A stretch of 63,924 nucleotides of DNA, filler included, from Octopus bimaculoides (Eukaryota), in the NCBI RefSeq assembly GCF_001194135.2. It is 8 parts of 8 records of this genome, joined end to end, with 100 filler letters (N's around TTAATTAATTAA, not from the genome) between each part and the next. Parts side by side here need not be neighbours in the genome. Positions count along the whole stretch, not along the records: positions 1 to 11,865 come from NC_068981.1; positions 11,966 to 28,870 come from NC_068995.1; 6 more parts are not named here. One strand, given 5' to 3'. Numbering within the stretch: position 1 is the first letter of the stretch; every line of letters begins with the position of its first letter. Below are positions 1-12,166 of the stretch, piece by piece. The notes under the pieces were generated by a model that worked only from the letters and a program-made list of their open reading frames with translations, was not told where the DNA came from and made no database searches. The position numbers were made by a program, and so were the translations under genes.

Positions 1-844
1 AAAACACACAAATGTATCCACAGCATGCCAGCTATTTTTATCTACCTATCTATCTATCTCAGGTGAGAGAGGGAAGGTGTATGTGTATCTGTGTACATTG
101 GTAAATGAAGGAAAGCGGCGGAAAGAATAGAGTCATAGAAATATCTTGGTTGAATAGTGGTCCCTGACATCAATAGATACCTCAAACATTTACATAAATA
201 GCACACAAACAGATACGTTAACACGCACATCATACAAACATAGACACTTACTCATGCATACAACATACACCTAGATACATAGTTACACCCGCATGCATTA
301 AATCAAGAAATATATAGCATCCTACAGAGATATGCATATAGGTAAATAGACAGATATAGACAGGCACTCCACACAGACAAATGCACACACTCCTGAAACG
401 TATAATGATACATACATGTCCGCATAATAATAGATGAAAACAATGCATGTATAAATCGAAAATGAAAAAAAAAAAAAAAAAAAACTTTGTTGTATAGGCG
501 CAGGAGTGGCTGTGTCGTAAAACCAGTAGCACCCGTGCTGGGTGGCGGCCGCCTGTAGTAGCCTCGCATATATGTGCTTCAGTACTGAGGCTGAATTGAA
601 TATGGAAAGTTACCTGTATGCGGCGGAAGGCCTGCTTGCAAGGCATAATAACTGAATTGTTTTGTATTGTGATTATAAATATGTTTATTTATTTTGAACA
701 AATGTATTCGAGGGGTTGCTGATCTGTGGGCGTCGGCGCCCCTCTCATTTTTTATATGTATCATCCTTTCATTCTACATTTGTCTTTGTCCAGCCCTAGC
801 TACGGCCATTCTGTGTAAAGCCTATATGGCTAATTAATGAAATA

Positions 845-914
845 AAGTAGCTTGCTTACCAAACACATGATTCCGGGTCCATTCCCACTGCGTGGCACCT
901 TGGGCAAGTGTCTT
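845..914 (+). mobile_element. tRNA-derived SINE family A, truncated head (left arm of a fold-back pair)
   Basis: aagtagcttgcttacc...ccactgcgtggcaccttgggcaagtgtctt matches the head of the fuller copy at 1220. Confidence 0.85.
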
Positions 915-919
915 TTCAC

Positions 920-1012
920 AAGACACTTGCTCAAGGTGCCACGCAGTGGGAAGGAACCCGGAACCATGTGGTTGGTAAAAAGCTACTTACCACACAGTCA
1001 CCCCTGCGCCTA
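920..1012 (-). mobile_element. SINE family A head, inverted (right arm of the fold-back pair)
   Basis: Reverse complement reads taggcgcaggggtgactgtgtggtaagtagc...gcaagtgtctt, with A-box- and B-box-like motifs. Confidence 0.85.
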
Positions 1013-1219
1013 GGATTAATTGTTATTAAAAAAGACAATCCCAGGTTAGATTTGAAGTATGGACCTGAATTTTTAAACTGAGGCTGATAATATTCTTATC
1101 CACAGAGACATTATTTCCAGTCCACTCTTGGACCAAGTGCACAACCAAGAATAAATCATTTGAAGGCGACCGGCGAATAAACTGATCGAAACGTATTGTA
1201 GATAAAAATATTGCAAATA

Positions 1220-1620
<401 letters not shown>

Positions 1621-1676
1621 ATATATATATATTTCCGTCTATTTAATTACAAAGATGAGGTTCACTGATTGGAAAA

Positions 1677-2162
1677 CTATAATTTTATGATGTACAGCCA
1701 TCTTGAGGCTGCCTTTACAACCAACCCGATGCCTGGTTGTCCCTGTGACGCCAAGCATGCTGTAAGCTAGCCTTCAAACCCAGTGCATCCCATCTTGCTT
1801 AGCACCCATTACTTTTGCTCAGCATATTTCCTTCTCATTTGTCTCCTCAAAGTAATCCTCCAAGTGAATGAAGAGTTCTAGCAGAACCGCCTGCTTGGGC
1901 AATTCTGAAATGAACACCATATCCAGCTTAATTGATGTCGAAACGACAGTTTCAGGGACATTCAGCTGCTTCCCCATGTCGACTTTCACCTCCCAGTCTC
2001 TTGCTATCGAAAGTAGATTCATGGAGATGGACCAAGCAGCTGGCGTCTTCACATCAGCTCTGACATAGGTGATAAACTTGAACGCAATTGCTTACAATGG
2101 CCAATCTCACTTCGAACGGTGTCTGCTATGACTTTCAATACCTGATCATGCCGCCAGCGGTA
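1677..2162 (-). pseudogene. 3' fragment of a HERO-type non-LTR retrotransposon (restriction-like endonuclease domain), frameshifted
   Basis: Minus-strand pieces YRWRHDQVLKVIADTV, DWEVKVDMGKQL, SIKLDMVFISELPKQAVLLEL, AYSMLGVTG, KAASRWLYI match the RHD / PD-ELT / C-terminal motifs of HERO-clade elements. Confidence 0.8.
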
Positions 2163-2759
2163 GCAATTGTACGATAAAATAATTTGTCATTTGAATAGGG
2201 GATTTGCCAAAAATAAATAAATAAATAATATATTCCAAACTTGAGCGTATGTCTGTGTGTGTGCCCGTGTGTTAAATACTAACTTACCATTTCATATGAT
2301 AGTAATATGATAAGAATGTCTTAATTTCGAGTTTTATCAGGGTCGACCTGGCCTTTCATATTTCCAGAGTCAATAAAGAGTTACGAATTGGGTTCGATCT
2401 TAATCGAATTGTGGCCCAGTAACTATGTTAAACGCCTTGTATCTACGTTAGAAATCGATACAAGAACATATTCTACATAAGAAACATATTGAAACGGTGA
2501 GGCCTTCTTCGAATGTAAGAAAGAATGAATGTGCTGAGTCGATTATTTTCGTCGAGATGCCTCTTGCTGTTTGTGTTCTCAATAATCGGTCTGTGCAGAG
2601 TTCTATATAACAGAAAAGAAGCGCTGTTTTATCTTGTTTCACGGCCACATTTCCGTATAAATAAATAACGGAGTATGAAGATATGTATTAGCTATGCTGG
2701 GAAAGCAGTCAGATTTTTACATTCTCTTATTTACTCATAATGAGCTCTGTTAAGTATTA

Positions 2760-3020
2760 TTTCTGACGTCATATCAACAAACCTCTTTTTCATTCAGCGA
2801 GGAACCTATGAGAGCGGTTCGACTTACAAGAAATAACAGTAAAGCTTCTCACAAACAATACCTTACACTCTTTTTTAAAAAGGGGACAACATGATCAAAT
2901 GCTTAAAGATAACTGCTTCTGAAAAAATATAGAAAGGGTTGTTCGAAGGAAACTGCTTATTAATCATGGATCTGTTGAGGCAGGGTTGACCTCGAGCTGA
3001 ACAACAACAACAACAACAAA
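2760..3020 (-). repeat. Unclassified dispersed repeat family C (degenerate)
   Basis: gcagggttgacctcgagctgaacaacaac is the reverse of ttgtttagccccaggtcaaccctgat seen at about 28235, 4828 and 43095. Confidence 0.5.
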
Positions 3021-3183
3021 ACACTATCTACCGCATCTGTCATAAAATACACACAATATGTGAGATTATATTTGATTAAATGTATTCTGAAAAAAATATC
3101 TTGTTTATCTCGGATTCAACAAATTAGATGAATATGGAAGATAACTAATGTAGTGGCTTTTATGTGTATGTGCCATTATATCA

Positions 3184-3502
3184 AGGTGTGTGTGTGTGTG
3201 TATGCATGTGTGTGTGTATATGAATGTATGGGTGAAACAGTGATTGTATGTGAAATAGTGCATGAGATTATGTGAGTGTATACAATAGTAACAGGGCTTG
3301 TGTGTATGTGAGGGTGTGCGTATGTATGTGTATGTGGGTGAGGATATATATGTGTATATGCATGTTTGTATTTATATAGGTATGTGCATGTGCGTGAAGT
3401 AGTGTGAAAGAAATTGTATGTGAATATGTATAATAGTGAGATACTGTGCAGGTGTGTGAAGAATGTATGCGCGCATGTGTGTACGTGTGTGTGTGCGCGC
3501 GC

Positions 3503-3546
<44 letters not shown>

Positions 3547-3550
3547 ATGT
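3184..3550. repeat. Degenerate to pure (TG)n microsatellite tract
   Basis: Direct reading; includes a short (CG)n run near 3495-3505. Confidence 0.95.
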
Positions 3551-3746
3551 GTGGCGCGCCAAATGTCTATTTTCTGTACAAGAAAGTTAGTTCCAGTATA
3601 TTTTTACACAACATTATATATAAACCTGTATCTTCAAATTATGTGGCATGAATAAAATCTTAAAATAGACAGGTATAACATCTTTGTATAATCACTTATA
3701 AGATATTGGTATAAGTCTTGTATTGACATTTCTTTTACCTTTTATT

Positions 3747-4020
3747 TTACTTGTTTCAGGCATTGGACTGTGGTCATGCTGGGACACCGCCTTGAAGAGT
3801 TTTGCCGAATAAATCGACTCCAATGCTTATTTAAGCCTGTTAGTTATTTTATCGGACACGCTTGCTGAAACGTTAAGATCCGGAAACAAACACGAACACC
3901 GGTTGTCAAGAGATGTTGGGACACACACAAGACAGGCTTCCACTCTCTTTCCATCTACCAAATTTACTGGACCCAAAACCATGTGGTTGTAAAATGAGGT
4001 TCTTAACTGTACAGTCATGT
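3747..4020 (-). mobile_element. SINE family A, old, internally deleted
   Basis: ttttacttgtttcaggcattggactgtggtcatgctggg tail plus cccaaaaccatgtggttg head remnant. Confidence 0.7.
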
Positions 4021-5580
4021 ATGAGTCTTAAGATTTGAAAATACAGGTATAAGATCTAAATGTAGGCTGTACAGGAGCTTAATATAGACAGATATAGATA
4101 ACACCTTCGTATAAACAGTTGTCTACAAGAAAGAATATAAAAATTCTTTGTTTACAGTCGCTGACACTGATAATTCTGAATATTACAGGCTAAAACAAAG
4201 GTGTAGTTATATCACACAATTCGCTTATGATGTGAATGACGACAAATATATAAATTAAATCGATTACATTTTTGTCCGTCTTTCTATGCCTCTATATCGT
4301 TATTACTATCCGATCTAACATTTATTGCCGTTGTTACTTATACCTCAGCTAGCTTTTGTCAAACGGATGTATATTCAAAAGAATCCTAGCTGTGACCCTC
4401 CTGTCTTTTTTTTTTTAAAGGCATAGTGTATATCTAGAACCAATGTAACCATTTTCTTTTTTTCTTTTTAAGACAGTAGAGCATGATTTCAGGAAGGAAT
4501 AACTACTACATAGGGATTCCCTTCTCTGGCTTATCTAACTAGCATTTATTTATCTGATTTTTTAGCCTATATATTATTAGTCTGGTTGTAAATTCGATAG
4601 AAATCAATCATCTAACATCTGTTCACATGATTGTACGCCTAAAAGATCTGACTGCCTGTCTGATCTATTTACTAGAGACTATATAGTCTAAAGATTGTTC
4701 ATCTAATTATCGTCCAAATAGTTACATGATCTGATGCTTGCCTTCTTACACTATCCGAGTTAAAAATTCTATAGCCTGATGTTTATTTCATTCACCTTGT
4801 CTCTCTATTAAATCATTTTTTGTTGTTGTTTAGTCTCGGGTCAACACTGAATGAAAGTATTCCAAACGTGAGCATACCTTCTTCTTTTGAATCCAGGGCG
4901 ACATTGTCCAATACGGCCATCCTTGTCTTAACAATTTACCTACCTTGAGTATCACATGTGATTTCCAGGACATATTTCCCTGGCATCCATTCATCATGTA
5001 TGATACACATTTTCAATTTTTTAAATCTCTCGCAAGAACTTGAAACTTATGAAAGGAAAGCCTTATATGACTCAAAACGTATGAAACAAGGCCGGATTAA
5101 AAATTCGAAAACAAGCACATGCGTTTAGGACAAACTTATGAACATGCTTTGAACAGGCAAAATGTAAAAATTTAAGGGAGTTTAGCCGCTATTTTTCCAG
5201 GTCCACCAATGGTGTAGTTTCCGTTGCTAAAGTGTGGCTTGTAAGTTTTAACGTGGCAGTATGACTGTCGGCTCAAGTCTCTGATTACTATTTTCTGTTC
5301 TCTGAGTTTGTCCTCATTACTTCCTCCTTTCTCCTTTTCTCTCTTTCTTTCTCACTCTTATCACGTTGGCTACTCCACACCATATTACCATTAAATTTCT
5401 GATATGTTTCTATCCGCCTCCAATATTATGATTGCTATTGAATATTTATTATTAAGATTTGATCTATAGCAATTTCTTAGATAGCCAAAATTCACCAGCT
5501 GTATATACAATCTGTCTCATTCGTTCTCCCTCTCTCTCTCTCCCTCCCTCTCTACATATGCAATGTGTGTGCATGTGTAT

Positions 5581-5611
<31 letters not shown>

Positions 5612-5737
5612 TATATATATATATNNNNNNNNNNNNNNNNNNNNNNNNNNNNNNNNNNNNNNNNNNNNNNNNNNNNNNNNNNNNNNNNNNNNNNNNNNNN
5701 NNNNNNNATATATATAAATATATATACAGCTTTTAAT

Positions 5738-5894
5738 AAGCTGAAAAAATCTTCTGTAACAAACTGTTACTCAGAGTCTCACGTTGCCGTTCGTTGGACA
5801 GTTGAGATAAAACTGAATTTACTCTGATCACAGCTGTCCGACGAATGGTAACCTGAAACTCTGAGTAACAGTTTGTGAAGATTTTTTTCAACTT
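5738..5894. mobile_element. Palindromic miniature element with about 70-bp inverted arms and an 18-bp spacer
   Basis: Left arm 5738-5808 aligns to the reverse complement of 5827-5894 with scattered mismatches and one 4-nt indel. Confidence 0.85.
5828..5878 (+). ncRNA. Type I hammerhead-ribozyme-like motif (core CCGACGA...GAAA, GUA site)
   Basis: Manual fold: stem I 5828-5837/5868-5878, core 5838-5844, short stem II with GUAA loop, GAAA 5855-5858, stem III CU-CUG-AG, GUA 5865-5867. U4 is C. Confidence 0.55.
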
Positions 5895-6869
5895 TAATAT
5901 AAGCATATTACTCTACCTTCAGAATGGCAGTGAACGATCAGAACTTCGATTCTGATATATCTAAGGTAAAATAAGAAAAACGTTTTTAAAAGCAACTATA
6001 ATTTCAACAAGGAAGTATATTTGAGAAACTTATATATACTTATATAGTTAAATAAATTAAATGTGTAAGAGTATATAGCAGGTACATAATTTTCAAGGTG
6101 TAAGCAAAAACTTAAATACCTTATATTGCAGATATTTTCTTTCATTAATTTTTTTAATTATTGTATATTTTCCTTCTAGTCTTTCAATATAAAACCTAAA
6201 CATACCGTACGAAAATAATTCTGAATTTAACTGACAGAAATTAAGCTTGCACACTTATCTTCATTTCTATTCGACCTTCCGCTGCGTAATATCAGTATGC
6301 AAACCTGGCCTGTACATTCGTATCACGCAGGTCGAGAGGGTATCATATCTGCTTGTAACTACATGGGCATATAAAACAATCAGCGAAAGCATGGTACGCA
6401 TTACCAACTCATCTTCACTTCCAAATTACGGCTATTATTGTGTGTTTAGCACCTTAGTGGTTATTTAACAGTACATGAATCCCAAGCGTTACAAAAGTGC
6501 TGTGTTCCTAAATATATTTATAATATTCATATTATAAAGTGAGAATGTGTTCTAGCGGATTATTTTCGAAAAAATGAAAAGAAGCAAAGAACACAACCAC
6601 TTTTTTCCATGAGAATAACGGCTCGTAAATATACACAGTACACTATGTGTACATAATAACATATGAAGAGAAATACATTAAGGGATAAATAAGAATCGCA
6701 ATGTCGTAATGGAGTACGTTCTTATCATAAAAGATGTTAACAACTGTGTGGGGTGTAGTGGTGGTGGAATGAGTGTTATGAGAGGAATGAGGGACACTGT
6801 TTTCTATCTTATAGCTCACCATCATCACCATCTGCTTGAAGGGCGAACAACATCCAAAATTGTTTGATG

Positions 6870-7640
6870 TTTATGATGCATTACCTCTTTGTATAGCTGA
6901 GTTTTGAAACTGAGCATTTTGTAAACGTATTACTTTTATGACACGTTCGCGATTAACGTTGTTATCAGGAAACACTCGCAGTGCTTTCTCTATAAATGCC
7001 AACCATTGGCAATATTCTTTGCAGTCAATTTAAGTAGAATTGATGGAATTTCCGTATTTTCGTCTGCATTAGTAGCTTGCTTTTGTTCTAACAGCATCTG
7101 CTCCTGGTTAGATAAACTTTCTCTATGGGACTCTAGCAACTCATATCGTCTTCTATGGTTTCTTCAACCCCTACAAGTATCACAATACCATTTTGAATCT
7201 GATGTAGGCTTTCTGCTTGTAGAAAACTTGTTAAGTCACGCATACAATCTGGCCATATACTTTTCCAAGTACCATTTTAAGAGTCTCACTTCATTCCATG
7301 ACTCAGCTATGTTGTCCACAGCATCTATTACGTTGGAGTTCCTCTAGAAATCTCTAACTATAAGTTTATACTTCCTGCCAATTGCTTTCATTAATTGTTT
7401 GAAAGTTCTCACATAATGTGCAGTGAAGTTAGTCATCATACCTGGATACAATGGCTGGAGGAAGGAAGTATTCTTGGGGAAATATTCTTACATTACATTA
7501 TCAAAAAGTTAATTGGGTGGCTTAGTGCATTGTCTACCTGGAAACATTATATCTGGTTCTGTGCTTTTCAACAGCAGGACAAAAAAAATGTCTGTAAACC
7601 ACAAAAGAGTCTTAATTTTCATGCTTTCTGATTTGAAAAT
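6870..7640 (-). pseudogene. Tigger/pogo-family DDE transposase remnant
   Basis: Minus-strand fragments VDNALSHP, FPKNTSFLQPLYPGMMTNFTAHYVRTF, NVIDAVDNIAESWNEV, NGTWKSIWP, ELLESHRESLSN follow the order of pogo DDE_1 motifs; Tigger-like subterminal motifs near 7930-7985. Confidence 0.85.
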
Positions 7641-8834
7641 TATATTCAACTTTGCATAACTCTTGCAAGCCCTTGGATTACACATGAATATATACATAAA
7701 CATTTGCACACACGCACATCTACAGACACATACAGATGCACATACACACAAATATATGAACCGTGATAATTGTTTCCCAAAGTTTTAATTATACTTTGAG
7801 CTTAGGTAAACACCGAGAAGCGGCCTTTTGGCTAAGAAGAAAGTGTAGTTTTAAAATTGTTAAAAATTCATTCGTTTTCGTAAGGGCGAAACCACAGGTC
7901 GTATTCTGAAATTAATTGTCATACTTTACAATTCTCGTAAGCGCAAAATCCCGTAACTTGAGGTTGCCTAAATGCGAGGGATGCATGCACTTATTTAATT
8001 AAGCTTATTAACAGAAGACCAAAAGCTTCAAGGCAGTATAAAAAAAGAGTCCTTATTGTTCTGAGAAACAAGGTCTTCGTAACTTGAGAGCAGTGGTGGC
8101 TCGTAGATAAAATTAGTGAGGGTGCTGCTTCAGAAAATGTTTAGCCGTTGTTTTGATATTGTGTAAAATGGAAACAAACATATAAAAAGAAAATTTATAC
8201 ATAAACTTGATCGGTTCCCGTTTTACTCACTGCCGGGTAGTGTGGGTAGTGTGTTTAATTTGTTTACAGAACACCGCCGCGAATTCCCCCTTGTTTTTCA
8301 ACTCCCAGTCACAAAATAAGTGGGGGCGGGGTAATGTGCCCTGTTTTTCAAATCCTGGCAGCAACACTGAAGCTGGCAGCAGGATAATAATTTACTTCTA
8401 CTCTTTATTACATTCAAGAATATAAACACGTTTTTAAGCACAACACGCGCGGAGTCAAAAAGAAACATTACCTTTCACCTGGCACTGTCGATCATGCAGT
8501 GTTCTCTCTCCCTAATGTGAAGTTTCCTATCTCGGACATGTGAGCATGCGCACAACAGCCAAAAACCGCGTCGCTGGAACTGTGAGGAGTACAGTTCTAT
8601 ACAAGGATTTTTGTATTTTTTTCATAAGTTAGGGGATGGCTACTGACATTAAGCTTAAGGATTATATAATGTACAAGTTTGAAGAAAGAATTCAAGAAAA
8701 AAGGACACATAGTGAATGTTATCGATAATACCGAGTGGAAATAGGGGGTCCTGCAGTTCCGCACTTCCTATATACGAGCCGCCACTGCTTGAGAATAAGG
8801 CTGTTTCTCAATTTAATAGCAGTATGAATGTACG

Positions 8835-9050
8835 CGCCTGTGTTAGAATGGGGGTAGCTGATGAAGGAAAATGTTCTCTATGTGGCCTGTGTGTGTTCTG
8901 TACTTTGGTTATTATTTTTTTGTCTACGTTTTGTTTGCAATGTCTTGTACCCAGATATGCACCTATATATACAGGTAGACGTAGGTATGCACATACCTGT
9001 ACGTATATATGCATATACTCATTTATTATTTGTTTCATATATATATATAT
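8835..9050. repeat. Dispersed repeat, second copy at 28971-29075
   Basis: gtttgcaatgtc.tgtacccagatatgcacctata...gcacatacctgtacgtatatatgcatatactcattta is nearly identical at both sites. Confidence 0.85.
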
Positions 9051-9299
9051 ATATANNNNNNNNNNNNNNNNNNNNNNNNNNNNNNNNNNNNNNNNNNNNN
9101 NNNNNNNNNNNNNNNNNNNNNNNNNNNNNNNNNNNNNNNNNNNNNNNNNNNNNNNNNNNNNNNNNNNNNNNNNNNNNNNNNNNNNNNNNNNNNNNNNNNN
9201 NNNNNNNNNNNNNNNNNNNNNNNNNNNNNNNNNNNNNNNNNNNNNNNNNNNATATATATGTATGTATGTATGTGTGTGTGTAAACACTAATGATATCCG

Positions 9300-9660
9300 A
9301 TAGACAGTTGATAATGGATGTGTAAACTTGATGCTTGTTGAATGTGAAGCTTTGTATTCTTGTGGTTCTAAATGGTCCTGAAATTCTAGTTCTCGTATGG
9401 CTGAACTCTTATAGAGGTACTTGGCTTATAATGATTTTGTATAGTTTATACCATAAACATACACTGATATTGAATGATTACTCTTCTTAGAGATTCTAAT
9501 TCTGATAAGAGTAATGCTTGTTTAAAGGTTTCTAGTTTATGGAGGTTTTGTTGCACCCCACCCCAACTACATATAATTCTTCGGAACTGACATGTCGTTA
9601 TGACATTTTTTCTGGAGACAAGTGGAATTCTGGGGCTACGTTGTTCGTGCTTCAAGAGGT
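9300..9660 (-). pseudogene. Possible N-terminal fragment of a Penelope-like ORF
   Basis: Protein-like broken frames (KLETFKQALLLSELESLRR; IRELEFQDHLEPQEYK); family assignment is only recalled resemblance. Confidence 0.3.
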
Positions 9661-9964
9661 GTCGTCAGTACAGTAGCTGACCTTTGTTTACTCCAGCGAT
9701 ACATAAGACTTAGACATATACAATAAGAGTGGACAACATTTTTGACCTCACTTCATTTGAATAATTAACATAAAAATGAGCTCAGGGAAATAAATGACAG
9801 TGGCAAACTGCATAAATTTAGACAACATACATATATAATGTATATAATTATATAATATATATGCTTACACATATACGTATCTCTTTCTCTCTCTCTCTCA
9901 TACATACATGAGTGTGAATAAAATCATGCAGGTACAAATATATTCATAAGTATAAGCGAGCTTC

Positions 9965-10190
9965 GCCTGTGTCCAGTTTTGTTTGCTTGACACAACACCG
10001 CCGGTTCCAGCAAAAAAACCGGTGTTGCATCAAGATGGTAACCAAAGCTAATAGATAAAATACAGATGGTTTAAAATAAGTCATCTACTGCTGCCTTTAT
10101 GACCGACTAAAAGCCTCCTGGGGTAGTGCCTCAGCACGGACCCAGTCCTATGACTGAACTCGGTTAAAAAGAATAAAAGAATGAACGTAT
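9965..10190 (+). mobile_element. Degenerate SINE family A tail
   Basis: cttgaca...gttccagcaaaa...aaaataagt...agtgcctcagcacggacccagtcctatgactgaa...aaaagaataaaagaat. Confidence 0.5.
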
Positions 10191-11032
10191 ATAGTCACAG
10201 ATGGCTGCATAATGACTCATATTTCTATGCATACAGACACGCAACAACCCATCCATACCTCATCCCAATGCCACACTATGATGCACACACATACTCACCC
10301 GTACACTGACACGCGTGCAAGCACACATATTGCTTACTAGCGCCGCCCTCACCGTCGTCACTAACAACCCACTCCCACCCTACTAAACACGAAATGCCCG
10401 GGTATTAGGACACCCCACCGAGTTTTTGTTAAGGCTCACGCCATTGGATAATCGGATAGAGTAGCGCGGTTGAATGTGTACTCGTTCACACTTGAAGCAA
10501 CACTGAAAAGCAGACGACAATGTGTGGGGACAGATGTGTAGAGGCGTATGTATGTGTGTGAATATATATATATATATATANNNNNNNNNNNNNNNNNNNN
10601 NNNNNNNNNNNNNNNNNNNNNNNNNNNNNNNNNNNNNNNNNNNNNNNNNNNNNNNNNNNNNNNNNNNNNNNNNNNNNNNNNNNNNNNNNNNNNNNNNNNN
10701 NNNNNNNNNNNNNNNNNNNNNNNNNNNNNNNNNNNNNNNNNNNNNNNNNNNNNNNNNNNNNNNNNNNNNNNNNNNNNNNNNNNNNNNNNNNNNNNNNNNN
10801 NNNNNNNNNNNNNNNNNNNNNNNNNNNNNNNNNNNNNNNNNNNNNNNNNNNNNNNNNNNNNNNNNNNNNNNNNNNNNNNNNNNNNNNNNNNNNNNNNNNN
10901 NNNNNNNNNNNNNNNNNNNNNNNNNNNNNNNNNNNNNNNNNNNNNNNNNNNNNNNNNNNNNNNNNNNNNNNNNNNNNNNNNNNNNNNNNNNNNNNNNNNN
11001 NNNNNNNNNNNNNNNNNNNNNNNNNNNNNNNN

Positions 11033-11073
<41 letters not shown>

Positions 11074-11324
11074 CAAACGCCCGCGCAAACACACACATAC
11101 ACACAAGGCACATATTTACTCTTAGTCACAGGATGACTATCGTATTGTATCTCCCACCCTGGACTAAGCAGAAGCATAGAAACTTTAACCAATCTGTATG
11201 TATGTATATATATATAAAACAAAACAATTTCACCAAAATTTCTTATATTGTGTGTTATTAAATTTGAAAATAAATGACACTAGAATATACCATGAAACTG
11301 CAAGAATGGAACTCTTAACAATTG

Positions 11325-11391
<67 letters not shown>

Positions 11392-11833
11392 TAACATTTT
11401 CGGTAGGTATGCAGAGTTCTAGCACATCCGGAATATATATATACATGTAGACGTACGTGTGCGTGTGTGTGTTTGTGTGTGTGTGGTGTATATATGCATT
11501 GTGAGTGCGCTTGGGTATATATAAATGAATGCATCTACAAACCTTTACGCAGATGTATGCATGATGCCACCGTTTTGCCTCAGGGCAGTTCTGATCGTGC
11601 AGGAGGCGTTCTACTTGTGATTATCACGTCATTCTATATTAAAAATATTCAAACGTACAATATGTTCGAAAACATCCATTGTAAGCTAGTTTTCAAGACG
11701 GTAGGTCATATTTAAAGTGGGTTTAACCACTATTTCTAATCACCTCAGTGACTGCATACATGATCTGTTGTGAGATCGATGTAGGTATGTATGGATACAT
11801 AGACATATATATACGTACATCTGCGTATGTATG

Positions 11834-11865
<32 letters not shown>

Positions 11866-11965
11866 NNNNNNNNNNNNNNNNNNNNNNNNNNNNNNNNNNN
11901 NNNNNNNNNTTAATTAATTAANNNNNNNNNNNNNNNNNNNNNNNNNNNNNNNNNNNNNNNNNNNN
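11866..11965. other. Assembly spacer: 44 N + TTAATTAATTAA + 44 N (also at 28915, 38867, 44025, 55060, 59527, 61696)
   Basis: Identical 100-bp construct; the 12-mer gives stops in all six frames. Confidence 0.95.
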
Positions 11966-12166
11966 CAAGAAGCGGAAGAGGATGCGCTCCAGTTTGGTGA
12001 TGGTAGGGTCGGGACAAGGAACGACGGTCAGGCGGTAGTAGATGACGGACGCGATGTACGTGTTCGCCACCTCCGCCCGACCTTTCAGGGAAAGCTTCCT
12101 CTCGGCCCATTGCCGGGCTAGAGTGGCCACCCTTCTCGCTATCTCGTCCCAGTTCTTCTCCGTTTG
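11966..12166 (-). pseudogene. Tx1/L1-clade LINE ORF2 fragment, GC-rich, open frame
   Basis: EKNWDEIARRVATLARQWAERKLSLKGRAEVANTYIASVIYYRLTVVPCPDPTITKLERILFRFL matches the NW...W..R.LSL.GR..V.N segment after the Tx1/L1 RT domain. Confidence 0.85.

Noticed and set aside
3484-3545. (CG)n within (TG)n as a Z-DNA element
   Set aside because: Such tracts are ubiquitous in this window; nothing locus-specific.
8855-8885. CTGATGA core in a dispersed repeat
   Set aside because: No stem II followed by GAAA.
11910-11921. TTAATTAATTAA palindrome repeated seven times
   Set aside because: Always centred in exactly 44+44 N; an artificial six-frame-stop scaffold linker.
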